Source: an uncultured Desulfarculus sp.
GTDB lineage: Bacteria > Desulfobacterota > Desulfarculia > Desulfarculales > Desulfarculaceae
Assembly: GCA_963665125.2 (NCBI GenBank)
Contig: CAXXUK010000001.1
Coordinates: 1,664,001 to 1,728,000, forward strand
Reading direction: 5' to 3'
Length of the DNA stretch: 64,000 bases
Part shown: piece after piece, positions 1 through 9,360 of the stretch
Layout of the letters: every line of letters begins with the position of its first letter
How positions within the stretch are numbered: position 1 is the first letter of the stretch
Position numbers and translations under genes: made by a program
The notes under the pieces: model-generated
Database searches by the model: none
Told to the model about the DNA's origin: nothing
Seen by the model: only the letters and a program-made list of their open reading frames with translations

Positions 1-2
1 TT

Positions 3-1184
3 CAGGTCCAGGCCCTGGGCTTCGGCCAAGGCGCCTGGGGCTGGTCCACCACCACGCTGACCTTTATCATGACCCGCATCAGCGACGGTTCGCTGATCTT
101 CAGCAAGACCTACACCACCAACCGGCCTTATATACGCACCATTTATGACCTGGGCCTTGTCGAGCAACAATTGCTCAAGTGCATCACCGCCTTTGTTCAG
201 GACCCCGACGCCCGCCAGATCATCGCCAACACCATGGCCTATGCCGCTGCCATGGCGGCCTCAGGGGCGCCCGCGCCGCAACCACCGGTGCCCCAGCCCA
301 CTCCAACGCCGCGGCCCACCGTTAAACCGAAACCGACGCCTACACCAACGCCCAAGCCCGTGGCAACGCCCACATCGGAACCACCCCTGGCCGCTGGCGG
401 CCCCATCCAGCGCTGGGCCCTGGTCATCGGAGTGAGCAACTACGCCGACACCCGCATCCCGGACCTGCGCTATGCCGAGCGCGACGCCAAGGCCATGTAC
501 CACTGGCTAATCGCTCCGGGCGGCGGAGCCTATGCCTCCAGCCGGGTCAAGGTTCTTTTAGGCCAGGAGGCCACCCTGCGCAATATGCGCGAGGCCTTAT
601 TCGATTGGCTCAAGCAGCCCCACCCCGAGGACATGGTGGTGATCTACTTTGCCGGGCACGGCTCGCCCGACTCGCCCGACGGCGACGACAACCTGTTCCT
701 GCTGCCCTATGACGCCGATTACTCCAAGATCGGGGCCACGGGCCTGCCCATGTGGGAATTCAAGAACGCCCTCCAGCGCATGGTCAAGGCCAAGCGGGTG
801 GTGATCTTGGCCGACGCCTGCCACTCCGGCGGCATGGGCTCTGAGTTTGACATCGGCCGCCGGGGTCTGGACATCAAACCAAAAGTCAACAAAGCCTTCC
901 AGGAAATGTCCAAGACCAGCCAGGGCGTGGCCGTATTCACCGCCTCGGACAACAGCCAACTCACCCAGGAAGCCGTCAGATGGGGCGGCGGCCACGGAGT
1001 GTTCACCTGGGCCGTTCTAAGGGGCCTGGGCGGCAAGGCCGACTACAACGGCGACGGCAAGGTCACCCTGGGCGAGTTGATTCCCTATGTTTCCGAAACC
1101 GTGAGGGAAGAGACAGGCGGCAACCAGGCACCCACGGTGTCCGGCCGCTTCGACCCTGCCCTGACCCTGGGCGGCTCGTCTTAA
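3..1184 (+). CDS. Caspase-family (peptidase C14) protein with Pro/Thr-rich linker; 5'-truncated by window edge
   Basis: Frame open from position 3 through ORF 69..1184; RWALVIGVSNY, YFAGHG (catalytic His), ADACHSGG (catalytic Cys), GVFT, DYNGDGKVTLGEL. Confidence 0.9.
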   Translation, partial: QVQALGFGQGAWGWSTTTLTFIMTRISDGSLIFSKTYTTNRPYIRTIYDLGLVEQQLLKCITAFVQDPDARQIIANTMAYAAAMAASGAPAPQPPVPQPTPTPRPTVKPKPTPTPTPKPVATPTSEPPLAAGGPIQRWALVIGVSNYADTRIPDLRYAERDAKAMYHWLIAPGGGAYASSRVKVLLGQEATLRNMREALFDWLKQPHPEDMVVIYFAGHGSPDSPDGDDNLFLLPYDADYSKIGATGLPMWEFKNALQRMVKAKRVVILADACHSGGMGSEFDIGRRGLDIKPKVNKAFQEMSKTSQGVAVFTASDNSQLTQEAVRWGGGHGVFTWAVLRGLGGKADYNGDGKVTLGELIPYVSETVREETGGNQAPTVSGRFDPALTLGGSS

Positions 1185-1220
1185 AAAAAAGCCGCGCCGG
1201 AGACCAAAGCCCCCGGCGCG
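1183..1220 (-). terminator. Intrinsic terminator between convergent genes
   Basis: CGCGCCGG/CCGGCGCG stem with an A-run on its left (U-tract on minus strand). Confidence 0.6.
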
Positions 1221-1240
1221 CAGGTTAGCTCAACATGCCG

Positions 1241-1567
1241 TTATCGGCGTGGTTCGACCACCCATTCCAGCGGTACGTTCCACTCGTTGGTACCGGTCGG
1301 CAGGTTCATGCCCCAAGCACGGGTAATAGTCGGTTGCCGAGTGTCGCCGCTCCAGGCAACCGGAATATTCCATTCGTTGGTGGCGGCCAAACGGTGCCCA
1401 ACCACCACAGGGGCGGAACGGGGCGCCAGGTATTGGCTGTCGATGAAGCCTTCCGGCAAACTATTGGCCGCATCCATCATGCCTACGTCAAAGGCCGATG
1501 CGGGAGCGCTTAGTCCAAGCAAAAGGGCGAGGGCCAAGGCTGCAATTCTTAGTCGTGCCATTTTCAC
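1241..1567 (-). CDS. Small exported protein with duplicated TNEWN(I/V)PxxW motif
   Basis: Signal peptide ending ASA; GGAGG directly upstream; sigma54 promoter upstream and terminator downstream. Confidence 0.7.
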   Translation of the reverse strand: MKMARLRIAALALALLLGLSAPASAFDVGMMDAANSLPEGFIDSQYLAPRSAPVVVGHRLAATNEWNIPVAWSGDTRQPTITRAWGMNLPTGTNEWNVPLEWVVEPRR

Positions 1568-1611
1568 CCTCCAGTGAAGTTAATCGGTTGACGCTTTCCT
1601 GATAACTATTA

Positions 1612-1629
1612 CTGCATAAGGTGTGCCAA
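1612..1629 (-). promoter_or_regulatory. Sigma54 (-24/-12) promoter
   Basis: Minus strand TTGGCACACCTTATGCA = GG-N10-GC, ~45 nt upstream of the 1567 start. Confidence 0.7.
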
Positions 1630-1740
1630 AATGAACCATCATTCATTTTGGCACAGATGACGTGCATTTATGGATAGCCAAGAAAAAACGAACGTATGCC
1701 AATTTGGAATACATATCAGAAAATACATTCCAAATTGGCA
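1622..1740. promoter_or_regulatory. Two perfect 14-bp inverted repeats, candidate activator binding sites
   Basis: TGTGCCAAAATGAA-N6-TTCATTTTGGCACA (1622-1655) and TGCCAATTTGGAAT-N16-ATTCCAAATTGGCA (1697-1740). Confidence 0.6.
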
Positions 1741-1743
1741 CAG

Positions 1744-1772
1744 AAAAGCCCCCGCGCCAAAAACACGGGGGC
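1744..1772 (-). terminator. Intrinsic terminator of 1804..2109
   Basis: GCCCCCG/CGGGGGC stem with AAAA on the left. Confidence 0.55.
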
Positions 1773-1803
1773 CTGTTGTCTTTTTTACATATTGTTCTGG
1801 ACG

Positions 1804-2109
1804 CTAGCGGGTGTCACCCTCCCGGGTATTGTCTCCGGGCATCGTATCGCCGTCTTTCTCCTGCTGACCGTCGGAGGTCTGCTTCTTTTTCCTTGGCGGC
1901 AGGTACTGGTCCATCATTATGGGACCTCCGCCTTCATTGTAGCCGCCGGAACCTTTCCATTTGCTTGGAGGGCGGTAATTGTAACCGTCACCCAGGCTGC
2001 GAAAGGCATCGGACTCTCCCACGTCATAGGCCGAAGCCGTTGACGGGATTGCCAGCATCAAACCCAGCGAAACAACACAGAAAAATGTTTTGATAGCTCT
2101 ATATTCCAT
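1804..2109 (-). CDS. Small exported hypothetical protein with charged, low-complexity C-terminus
   Basis: Signal peptide ending ASA-Y; GGGGAG upstream; terminator downstream. Confidence 0.6.
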   Translation of the reverse strand: MEYRAIKTFFCVVSLGLMLAIPSTASAYDVGESDAFRSLGDGYNYRPPSKWKGSGGYNEGGGPIMMDQYLPPRKKKQTSDGQQEKDGDTMPGDNTREGDTR

Positions 2110-2139
2110 TTTGGAATACTCCCCGGCGGCCTCGGCTCG

Positions 2140-3105
2140 CTAGACGGGCCGCACCCTGTCCCAGGCCTGCTCGGCCTCGGAAACCATCCGCTCAAACAGC
2201 TCTGACACCGAGGGGATGTCGTTGGTCAAACCAACCCCCTGGCCGCAGCTGATGATGCCCACGTCCAGCTGGCCGCTGTCATACATCTTTTTAGCGTTCT
2301 CGCCAGCTACGATGGGCAGTAACTCTTCGAAGCTGCCACCCTTGGTCTCGACCTCCAAGCATTTTTTGGCCGCCTCGTTGGCCCATACGCGGTGGGTGGC
2401 GTGGATGGAACGCATGATCAGCATGGTGTCGGTCTCCTGGGCATTCAGGAGCATCTGTTTGACGTTGTCGTGCAGGGGACATTCCTTGGTGGCCATGATC
2501 CGGGTGCCTATGATGGCCCCCACCGCGCCCAGAGTCAGTACGGCCAGCAGGCCCCGGCCGTCGGACACGCCGCCGCCGCCGATAACCGGCAGATTCACCG
2601 CGTCGACGACCCTGGGAACCAGCACCAGGGTGCCGATATCCAAGGCGCCGGTGGCGCCGCCGTTTTCATAGCCCACCACGGTTACCATGTCCGCGCCCAT
2701 GGCCTCGACCTTTTTGGCGTAACGTACGCCCACGCATTTGTGAATCCAGGTCATGCCCGCGTCCTTGAACCGGCCGCAAAGGTCTTCCGGCGCCGAGTGG
2801 CCCGATGTTTCCACGATCTTGACGCCCTTGTCGATGAGGACATCCAGGTAGTCATTGTTGTCTATGGGACGCATGGATGGAAAAAGGTTGATGTTGACCG
2901 CAAAGGGGTTACTGGTAATTTCCCTTATCCTGTCGATTGCCGCGGCGAACTCGTCCCTGGACTGATAAATGGCCGAGGCCAGTACGCCCAGGCCGCCGGC
3001 ATCGGAGATGGCTCCCACGAAATCCGCCGTGGAAATGTGCATCATGGTTCCGCCGACAATGGGATGTTTGACGCCCAACATCTCGGTGAGCTTGGTCTTC
3101 AACAT
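2140..3105 (-). CDS. Nitronate monooxygenase / FabK-like FMN oxidoreductase
   Basis: LKTKLTEMLGVKHPIVGG, GYENGG, GGGVSDGRG, GTR motifs; GGAGG before ATG at 3105. Confidence 0.9.
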   Translation of the reverse strand: MLKTKLTEMLGVKHPIVGGTMMHISTADFVGAISDAGGLGVLASAIYQSRDEFAAAIDRIREITSNPFAVNINLFPSMRPIDNNDYLDVLIDKGVKIVETSGHSAPEDLCGRFKDAGMTWIHKCVGVRYAKKVEAMGADMVTVVGYENGGATGALDIGTLVLVPRVVDAVNLPVIGGGGVSDGRGLLAVLTLGAVGAIIGTRIMATKECPLHDNVKQMLLNAQETDTMLIMRSIHATHRVWANEAAKKCLEVETKGGSFEELLPIVAGENAKKMYDSGQLDVGIISCGQGVGLTNDIPSVSELFERMVSEAEQAWDRVRPV

Positions 3106-3291
3106 TTTTTCCTCCACCGTATCTCAATTATAGATAATTCAGGACGCCTGCGGGAACGATCCATACAATGCTTGTAACATATTCCGGGCGGCGTTTGCAT
3201 AATTTAGTTTGTATGCGAGATAATTTTCCGAACAAACGAACGGTATCGGATGATCCTAACCGGCTACTCATGCTTCGCATCTGCTTTTACG

Positions 3292-5484
3292 CTAGGACGT
3301 GGCAGCCTTCCTGCCGTTGAGCGGGCCGTCCAACCGGCCGCCGCAGGAAGTCAGCAGTTCGCTCAGTTCACCGCCGGGCAATGGTTTGCTGAACAAAAAG
3401 CCCTGGGTTTGGTCGCATTCATTGCGCCGCAGGAAATCGAGTTGGGCCTCTGTCTCCACGCCCTCGGCCACCACCTCCAGGTTCATGCTCTTGCTCATGG
3501 CGATGATTGTGTTGACCAGCAGGGCCTCGTCGTCGCTGTTGAGGGCGTCGCGGATGAACAGGCGGTCGATCTTCAGTGAATCCATGGGGAAACGCTTGAG
3601 GTGATACAGCGATGAGTAGCCCCGACCAAAGTCGTCCATGGACAAATGCACGCCAAGGTCGCTGAGCTGACGCATGGTCTCGATGGCCCGGTCCACGTCG
3701 TTCATAACCGCGTTTTCTGTTACTTCCAGTTCCAGGCATTGAGCCGGCAGCCCGCTTTCATCCAATGCCGAACGCACCACATCCACCAAATCGCGCTGGT
3801 TGAACTGACGGGGCGAGAGGTTCACGGCCACGCACAGGCTTCCGAACCCCATGTCGTGCCAGCCCTTGGCGGCCAGGCAGGCCTGGCGCAGGACCCATTG
3901 GCCGATGCCCACGATCATGCCGTTTTCCTCGGCAAGGGGTATGAACTCGCCCGGCGGCACCAGGCCGCCGTTGCCCGGCCTCATCCAGCGCACCAAAGCC
4001 TCGGCGCCCATGATGCAGCCGCTGTCCAAGGATACCTTGGGCTGATAGTGCACCACGAACTCTTCCCGTTCCATGGCCTTGCGCAGGTCGTTTTCCATGG
4101 CCAAGCGCTGGATCACCTGCTGATTCATGGCCGGGGTGAACATCCTGTAGGTGTTGCGCCCGTCTTCCTTGGCCCGGTACATGGCCATATCCGCGTTGGC
4201 GGTCAGGCTCTCTGGATCTTGGCCGTCATGGGGGAACAGGGTCACGCCGATGCTGGCGGTGACATAGAGTTCATAACCGCTGATGGCAAAAGGCCCGGAC
4301 ACGACCTCCAGCAGGCGTTCTGCCACCACACCGGCGCTCTCCGGGTCGGTGGCGCTTTGCAACAGCACCATGAATTCATCGCCGCCGATGCGGGCCGCCG
4401 TATCTTCGTCGCGAAGCACCCCTTGCAGGCGCTCGGCCACGGCCTGCAACAGCGAGTCTCCCACCGCGTGTCCCAGGCTGTCGTTGATGGTCTTGAAGTG
4501 GTCCAGGTCCAGAAACAGCACGGCCAGGCCCTGCTCCTGGCGTTGGGCGTGGGCCATGGCCATGTTCAGGCGATCGTTGAAGAGCAGGCGGTTGGGCAGG
4601 CCGGTGAGGGCGTCGTGATAGGCCTGAAAGGCGATCTGTTCCTCGCTGCGTTTGAGCTGGGTAACGTCGATGAAGTTCTCGACAATGCCCAGGAGCTGAC
4701 CGTCGGGGCCCCTGAAGGGCACGGCGGTGACGATGATATTCAGGGGCGCGCCGTCAGGGCCTTTGCGCTCCATCCTGTATTCGATCTTGGTCTCTCCGGC
4801 GATGATCCGTTCCAGGGGGCAGTCGCCTCCCTTGCAGCGGCCGTGCAGCCACGCCTGGTCGCACTTGCGCCCCACCACATTGCGTGCGTCCGGCCCGAAA
4901 AGCTGTTGAAAGGCATGGTTGACGCGCAACACCGTGCGGTCGGCTGATATCACGCAAACCGCCGAGGCCACGATATTGAAAAGCTGATCCAGTTCGCTGT
5001 AGGCGAAGGTCAGGGCCGTTTCGGCCTCTTGTTGGCTGGTGACATCGACCAGATGGGCCAGGGCGGCCGGTTTGCCGTGGTGGAAGACCTGGCTGGTGTG
5101 GCTGTCCACCCAGATCACCCCGCCGTCGGCCCGCAACCCCCGGAAACGCTGCTTGGTCTTGGTCCCGTTGTCGCAAAGGCGCTGGCGAATCCGTCGCTTG
5201 ACCTTGTCGAGATCATCGGGATGGACCATATCCCAAAGGCAGCGTCCCAGCAGCTTTTGGGGCTCGTCATAGCCGAACATGTCGGCGAGACGGTCATTGA
5301 CATAAACAAAATGCCCGTCCTGGTTGATATTGACGCCGACCATGGCGCTGTCGGCCAGGACGCGGAACAACGCGGCCTCTTCGGCCAGTACGGCTATCTC
5401 TTTTCGGAGATTGGCGTTTTCAGCGTGAAGACGCTGAACTTCCAGACGTAACGAATCGAAATCGTTTGTTGGGCTCTTGCTCAT
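3292..5484 (-). CDS. PAS-PAS-GGDEF-EAL diguanylate cyclase/phosphodiesterase
   Basis: HDALTGLPNR, ARIGGDEF, EAL, DDFGRGYSSL, EGVE motifs; two PAS-like repeats. Confidence 0.95.
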   Translation of the reverse strand: MSKSPTNDFDSLRLEVQRLHAENANLRKEIAVLAEEAALFRVLADSAMVGVNINQDGHFVYVNDRLADMFGYDEPQKLLGRCLWDMVHPDDLDKVKRRIRQRLCDNGTKTKQRFRGLRADGGVIWVDSHTSQVFHHGKPAALAHLVDVTSQQEAETALTFAYSELDQLFNIVASAVCVISADRTVLRVNHAFQQLFGPDARNVVGRKCDQAWLHGRCKGGDCPLERIIAGETKIEYRMERKGPDGAPLNIIVTAVPFRGPDGQLLGIVENFIDVTQLKRSEEQIAFQAYHDALTGLPNRLLFNDRLNMAMAHAQRQEQGLAVLFLDLDHFKTINDSLGHAVGDSLLQAVAERLQGVLRDEDTAARIGGDEFMVLLQSATDPESAGVVAERLLEVVSGPFAISGYELYVTASIGVTLFPHDGQDPESLTANADMAMYRAKEDGRNTYRMFTPAMNQQVIQRLAMENDLRKAMEREEFVVHYQPKVSLDSGCIMGAEALVRWMRPGNGGLVPPGEFIPLAEENGMIVGIGQWVLRQACLAAKGWHDMGFGSLCVAVNLSPRQFNQRDLVDVVRSALDESGLPAQCLELEVTENAVMNDVDRAIETMRQLSDLGVHLSMDDFGRGYSSLYHLKRFPMDSLKIDRLFIRDALNSDDEALLVNTIIAMSKSMNLEVVAEGVETEAQLDFLRRNECDQTQGFLFSKPLPGGELSELLTSCGGRLDGPLNGRKAATS

Positions 5485-5797
5485 GCACCGCTCCCTGCGG
5501 ACTGCCGTCACTGTTCAGGCATTACTCCACCCCCGCCGATAAAGCGGGCGCGGCCGACGCCTGCCAACCGTGCCAATCCGGTCGACATCGTCTTTTACCT
5601 GGTTATCAGTGCGGCTCCACAACCCCGCGAGGGAGCCGCGCCGCCGTGCGAATGCATCCCCTGGTGGCGGCGTTATCAAGGAGCATATCAAACAATTTCA
5701 CACAATTGAACAACTTTTTTTGGCAAGCGGTTGAAGATTGTGGCGTATTTGTCCGTTCATCTGGACCATAAACGACTTTTCGTACGACAATACGGAA

Positions 5798-5820
5798 CGG
5801 GCGGCCGAATCGGCCGCCCG
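5798..5820 (-). terminator. Hairpin downstream of vWA gene
   Basis: CGGGCGGCCG-AAT-CGGCCGCCCG perfect stem. Confidence 0.55.
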
Positions 5821-5840
5821 CATATTTATTCGGATAGGGC

Positions 5841-7523
5841 TTACTTGGCGCTGTTGTCCAGGGCCTTGGCCAGGCCCACCATCTCGACAAAACCGCCGCG
5901 GTAGCCGTAAGGATCGTCGCCACGGGCGCCACGGGCCAATTCGAGGACATCGTCGTAGGTAAACTGGCCGGTGTACTTGCCGCCGCGCAGGATCTGGCCA
6001 AAGGCGGCCACGGAGGCAGCCCAGCGGAAGTCCTGGTCAGCCTTGGCGATGCTCTCGACCTCCAGGTCCTTGGCAATGGGCATCTCGATCAGCTTGCTGC
6101 TTTCCTGGTCGGGCAGCTTGTAGCGGATCTTGAGGAAGGCCAGCTCGTCGGCGCTGCCCTTGGCCTGCTTCTGATCCTGGTAGCGCAGGGGCTCCATGCG
6201 CAGACCCTTGCCGCCCACCAGGGCGATCTCGTACAGGGCCGTAACGGTGTGGCCCGCGCCGATCTCGCCAGCGTCGACCTTGTCGTTATTGAAGTCTTCC
6301 CTGGCCAGGATGCGGTTTTCATAACCGATGAGCCGGTATTCGGCCACAATGGCCGGATTGAATTCAACCTGGAGCTTGACATCCTTGGCGATGGTCAACA
6401 GCGTGCCGGAAAGCTGCTCCACCAAAACCTTGTTGGCCTCGCTGAGGCGGTCGATGTAGGCGTAGTTGCCGTTGCCTTTGTCGGCCAGCTGCTCCATGAG
6501 TTTTTCATTGTAGTTGCCCGCGCCGAACCCCAGGGTGGTCAGGCCGATGCCGTCCTTGCGCTGCTGCTCGACCATGTCCAACAGGGCCCGGAAGTTGGTC
6601 GTGCCCACGTTGAAGTCGCCGTCGGTGGCCAGCAGGATCCGGTTGATGCCGTCTTTGACAAAGGCCTGGCGGGCCACGTTGTAGGCAAGCTGGATGCCCT
6701 GGCCGCCCGCCGTGGAGCCGCCGGCCTGCAACTTGTCCATGGCCGCCATGATCTTGGCGTGCTGGTCGCCGGAAGTGGGCTCCAACACCACGCCGGCCGC
6801 GCCGGCATAAACCACGATGCTCACCTTGTCATCGGCCCGAAGTTGCTGGGAAAGCATCTTGAAGGCGCTCTTCAAGAGCGGCAGCTTGTCCGGCGAACCC
6901 ATGGAGCCCGAGACGTCCAGCAAAAACACCAGGTTTGCCGGAGGCCGCTTGTCGGTCTTGACTTCATAGCCCTTTATGCCGACGCGCATCAGCAAGGTGT
7001 CCTTGTTCCAGGGCGTGGGGGCGACCGCCACCGAAGCCTTGAACGGCGCGGACTTGTCGCCCGGCGCGGGATAATTGTAGCTGAAGTAGTTGATCAGCTC
7101 TTCCACGCGCACGGCGTCGGTGCGCGGCATCTGGCCGTGATTGAGAAAACGCCGCACATTGGCATAGGAGCCGGTGTCAACGTCGATACTGAAAGTGGAT
7201 ACCGGATCTTCGGCCACGCGCTTGACCGGATTGCCCTTGAGCTCCTGATACTGCTCGCGGTCAACGGGCATGGGCGGCGGCGGGGCCATTCCGGTCATCA
7301 TCCTGCCCCTGGCCGGAGCCGGCGAGACGGCGTAGGCGAGCTTGGCGGTTTCCTGGGCCGCCTGGCCGTCCATGGGGGCTGACGCCTTGCCTTCCTGCTT
7401 TACCTGGGTCTGTTGCGGATTGGCCACGGGGGCCTGATCTTCCGTGTCAAGACCGCCACAAGCACCGGCGGCCAACAGGATGCCGGCCATGAAAATTACC
7501 ATTATACGTTTGACAGCAAACAT
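5841..7523 (-). CDS. YfbK-like von Willebrand factor A domain lipoprotein
   Basis: STFSIDVDTGSY, MIDAS DVSGS, LATDGDFNVG, lipobox LAAGAC; start could be 7571. Confidence 0.9.
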   Translation of the reverse strand: MFAVKRIMVIFMAGILLAAGACGGLDTEDQAPVANPQQTQVKQEGKASAPMDGQAAQETAKLAYAVSPAPARGRMMTGMAPPPPMPVDREQYQELKGNPVKRVAEDPVSTFSIDVDTGSYANVRRFLNHGQMPRTDAVRVEELINYFSYNYPAPGDKSAPFKASVAVAPTPWNKDTLLMRVGIKGYEVKTDKRPPANLVFLLDVSGSMGSPDKLPLLKSAFKMLSQQLRADDKVSIVVYAGAAGVVLEPTSGDQHAKIMAAMDKLQAGGSTAGGQGIQLAYNVARQAFVKDGINRILLATDGDFNVGTTNFRALLDMVEQQRKDGIGLTTLGFGAGNYNEKLMEQLADKGNGNYAYIDRLSEANKVLVEQLSGTLLTIAKDVKLQVEFNPAIVAEYRLIGYENRILAREDFNNDKVDAGEIGAGHTVTALYEIALVGGKGLRMEPLRYQDQKQAKGSADELAFLKIRYKLPDQESSKLIEMPIAKDLEVESIAKADQDFRWAASVAAFGQILRGGKYTGQFTYDDVLELARGARGDDPYGYRGGFVEMVGLAKALDNSAK

Positions 7524-7613
7524 GACGATCCTTCCCGTTATAAGCAAATTTCTGGAGCCCCCTTCAGTCATGTTAACACAGGCCTGTCGGGCGGCGGCTC
7601 AAACTACGCTTGC

Positions 7614-8390
7614 TTATCGTAGACGAAACGGAACGGCTTTTTCTTTTGGATTTCCGGGGATGTTTTTCAGATTTCTAGGCACTTCGGCGCCGGAATCGCC
7701 CAGATAACCGGCGAAGAGCAAATGCATCCGCCGGTCAAAATTCAACACCAGGGGATCGGCGTTGGGCATCTTGATTACCGGCAGTTCCAGGTTAGCGTTG
7801 GCCAAAGCCAGACTGGCCAGGGCCCACAGGGCCACGCCGTGGCCCGCCACGACGATATTCCCGCCATCCTCCAATAAAGGCAGTATCTCACCTTTCCAGC
7901 ACGGCTCCACCCTGGCGCGGGTATCGGCCAGCGATTCGCCGGACGGCAACAGATCCCTGGGGACGTCGGCGTAGGCCGGATCATTGCACGGGTGTCTGGG
8001 GTCATCAAAAGACAATGGCGGCGGGGCCTGGGTCTGGCCAAAACGCCAGGCTCGGACCTGCAATTCGCCATACCGGGCCAAGACGTCCTCTTTGGTCATG
8101 CCCTGAAGCACGCCCACATGACGCTCATTAAGCTGCCAGCGGTGCTTGGCGTCCAGGTCACACTGCCCCATGGCCGCCAGCAGGGCCTTGAGGGTCTCGA
8201 ATGTCCGTATAAGGCGCGAACAGAAGGCCGCGTCAAAGGCGATGCCCGCTTGATTGATGAGCCTGCCCGCCTCGGCGGCCTGCCTGCGCCCCAAATCCGA
8301 AAGACCGGGGTTGTCCCAACCGGTGTATTTACGTGATTTATTGGAAAGGCTTTGGCCGTGACGCACCAAAACCAGTCTGCCGTATACCAT
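7614..8390 (-). CDS. gpmA: 2,3-bisphosphoglycerate-dependent phosphoglycerate mutase family protein
   Basis: LVRHGQS, TGW, LNERHVGVLQG, PSGESL, GHG motifs; somewhat divergent. Confidence 0.8.
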   Translation of the reverse strand: MVYGRLVLVRHGQSLSNKSRKYTGWDNPGLSDLGRRQAAEAGRLINQAGIAFDAAFCSRLIRTFETLKALLAAMGQCDLDAKHRWQLNERHVGVLQGMTKEDVLARYGELQVRAWRFGQTQAPPPLSFDDPRHPCNDPAYADVPRDLLPSGESLADTRARVEPCWKGEILPLLEDGGNIVVAGHGVALWALASLALANANLELPVIKMPNADPLVLNFDRRMHLLFAGYLGDSGAEVPRNLKNIPGNPKEKAVPFRLR

Positions 8391-8481
8391 CGTTATTGCT
8401 CATACATCGAATGCGCGGATAAAGGCGGAATTGTCCCCCCTGCCGGGCAAACGCGCAAGTCCGTTTTGCAAGGTGCATCGT

Positions 8482-9359
8482 TCAGGCGGCTTTTTGGGCG
8501 GCGAATTTCAACAGGATGGCTCCACCGACCGGGCCTTGGCCGATGCCCAGGTCTCCTGGGTCCTGGCCCATGGCCAGCCCCAGGAGTTGCGGGTACAGGG
8601 CAGCGCCGCTGATCCGCGGCGAGTCCGGCGGTGTTTCGTGTTCATAGGCCCCGCTGGCCTGCATGTGGGGGAATACGGGCATGAAACGCAAAGCACCTCT
8701 CCCCCGGCCTCCTGGGCCTCATTGAGGCGTTTTTCGATCATCCCGGCGGCCAGTTCATCATTGCGGCCCCGCAACGGCGCGCCGCAGCAGGAAAGCTTCC
8801 CCGCCCAGTCGACAATTTGGGCGCCGGTGACCAATACCAGTTCATCACTGATCAGGGGGTGCCAGGGGTCGTCGAAGTTGGTCATCTGGCTTGGCCGCAG
8901 GGCGTGGCAGCCGTGCAGCACGGCCACATTCATGTCCCGGTATGGCCGCACGATCTTTTGTTTTATGGTCTCCAGCCCCACGTCGTTGTGCAAAACAGTA
9001 AGCAAATGTTTGGCCACGGCCTTGCCGGTGTACTCCAGGCCATCCTCGGACAGCCTGGCGTTGACGTGATCCCAAAGATTTCGGTCTTCTTGCAGGTAAT
9101 ACGCCGCGGTCTTGAATGCCCCCAGACAGCACTTGCACTGGGTCATGATGTCCAGGCCGGCCTTTTCGGCCATGGCCAAGGTACGGCAGGCGGAGTGCAA
9201 AAAAGACTCAAAATACAGGTTGCGCATGGGATAACCGCAGCAGGTGAACTCCAGTTCCACCAGTTCCACGTCAAGGGCGGCGCATACGGCGCGAGTCGAC
9301 GACTCGTAAGCGGGTACGTAAAACGGCGTCTTACAACCCAGAAAGAATGCGTATCTCAT
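8482..9359 (-). pseudogene. hdrB: HdrB-like CCG-domain protein, frameshifted near 8670
   Basis: YAFFLGC, two CCG motifs, HGCH; canonical C-terminal LYPQLLGLAMG lies in another frame (8482..8691) after a C5 run at CVSCPYS. Confidence 0.75.
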
Positions 9360-9360
9360 A

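Noticed and set aside
1622..1740. CRISPR-like repeats
   Set aside because: Inverted rather than direct repeats, no regular spacers, no cas genes
3646..4947. Long antisense or shifted ORFs (also 6249..7382, 11943..13292, 39535..40896, 54584..55906, 61187..62164)
   Set aside because: Shadows of well-supported genes, expected from GC-rich codon bias; no motifs
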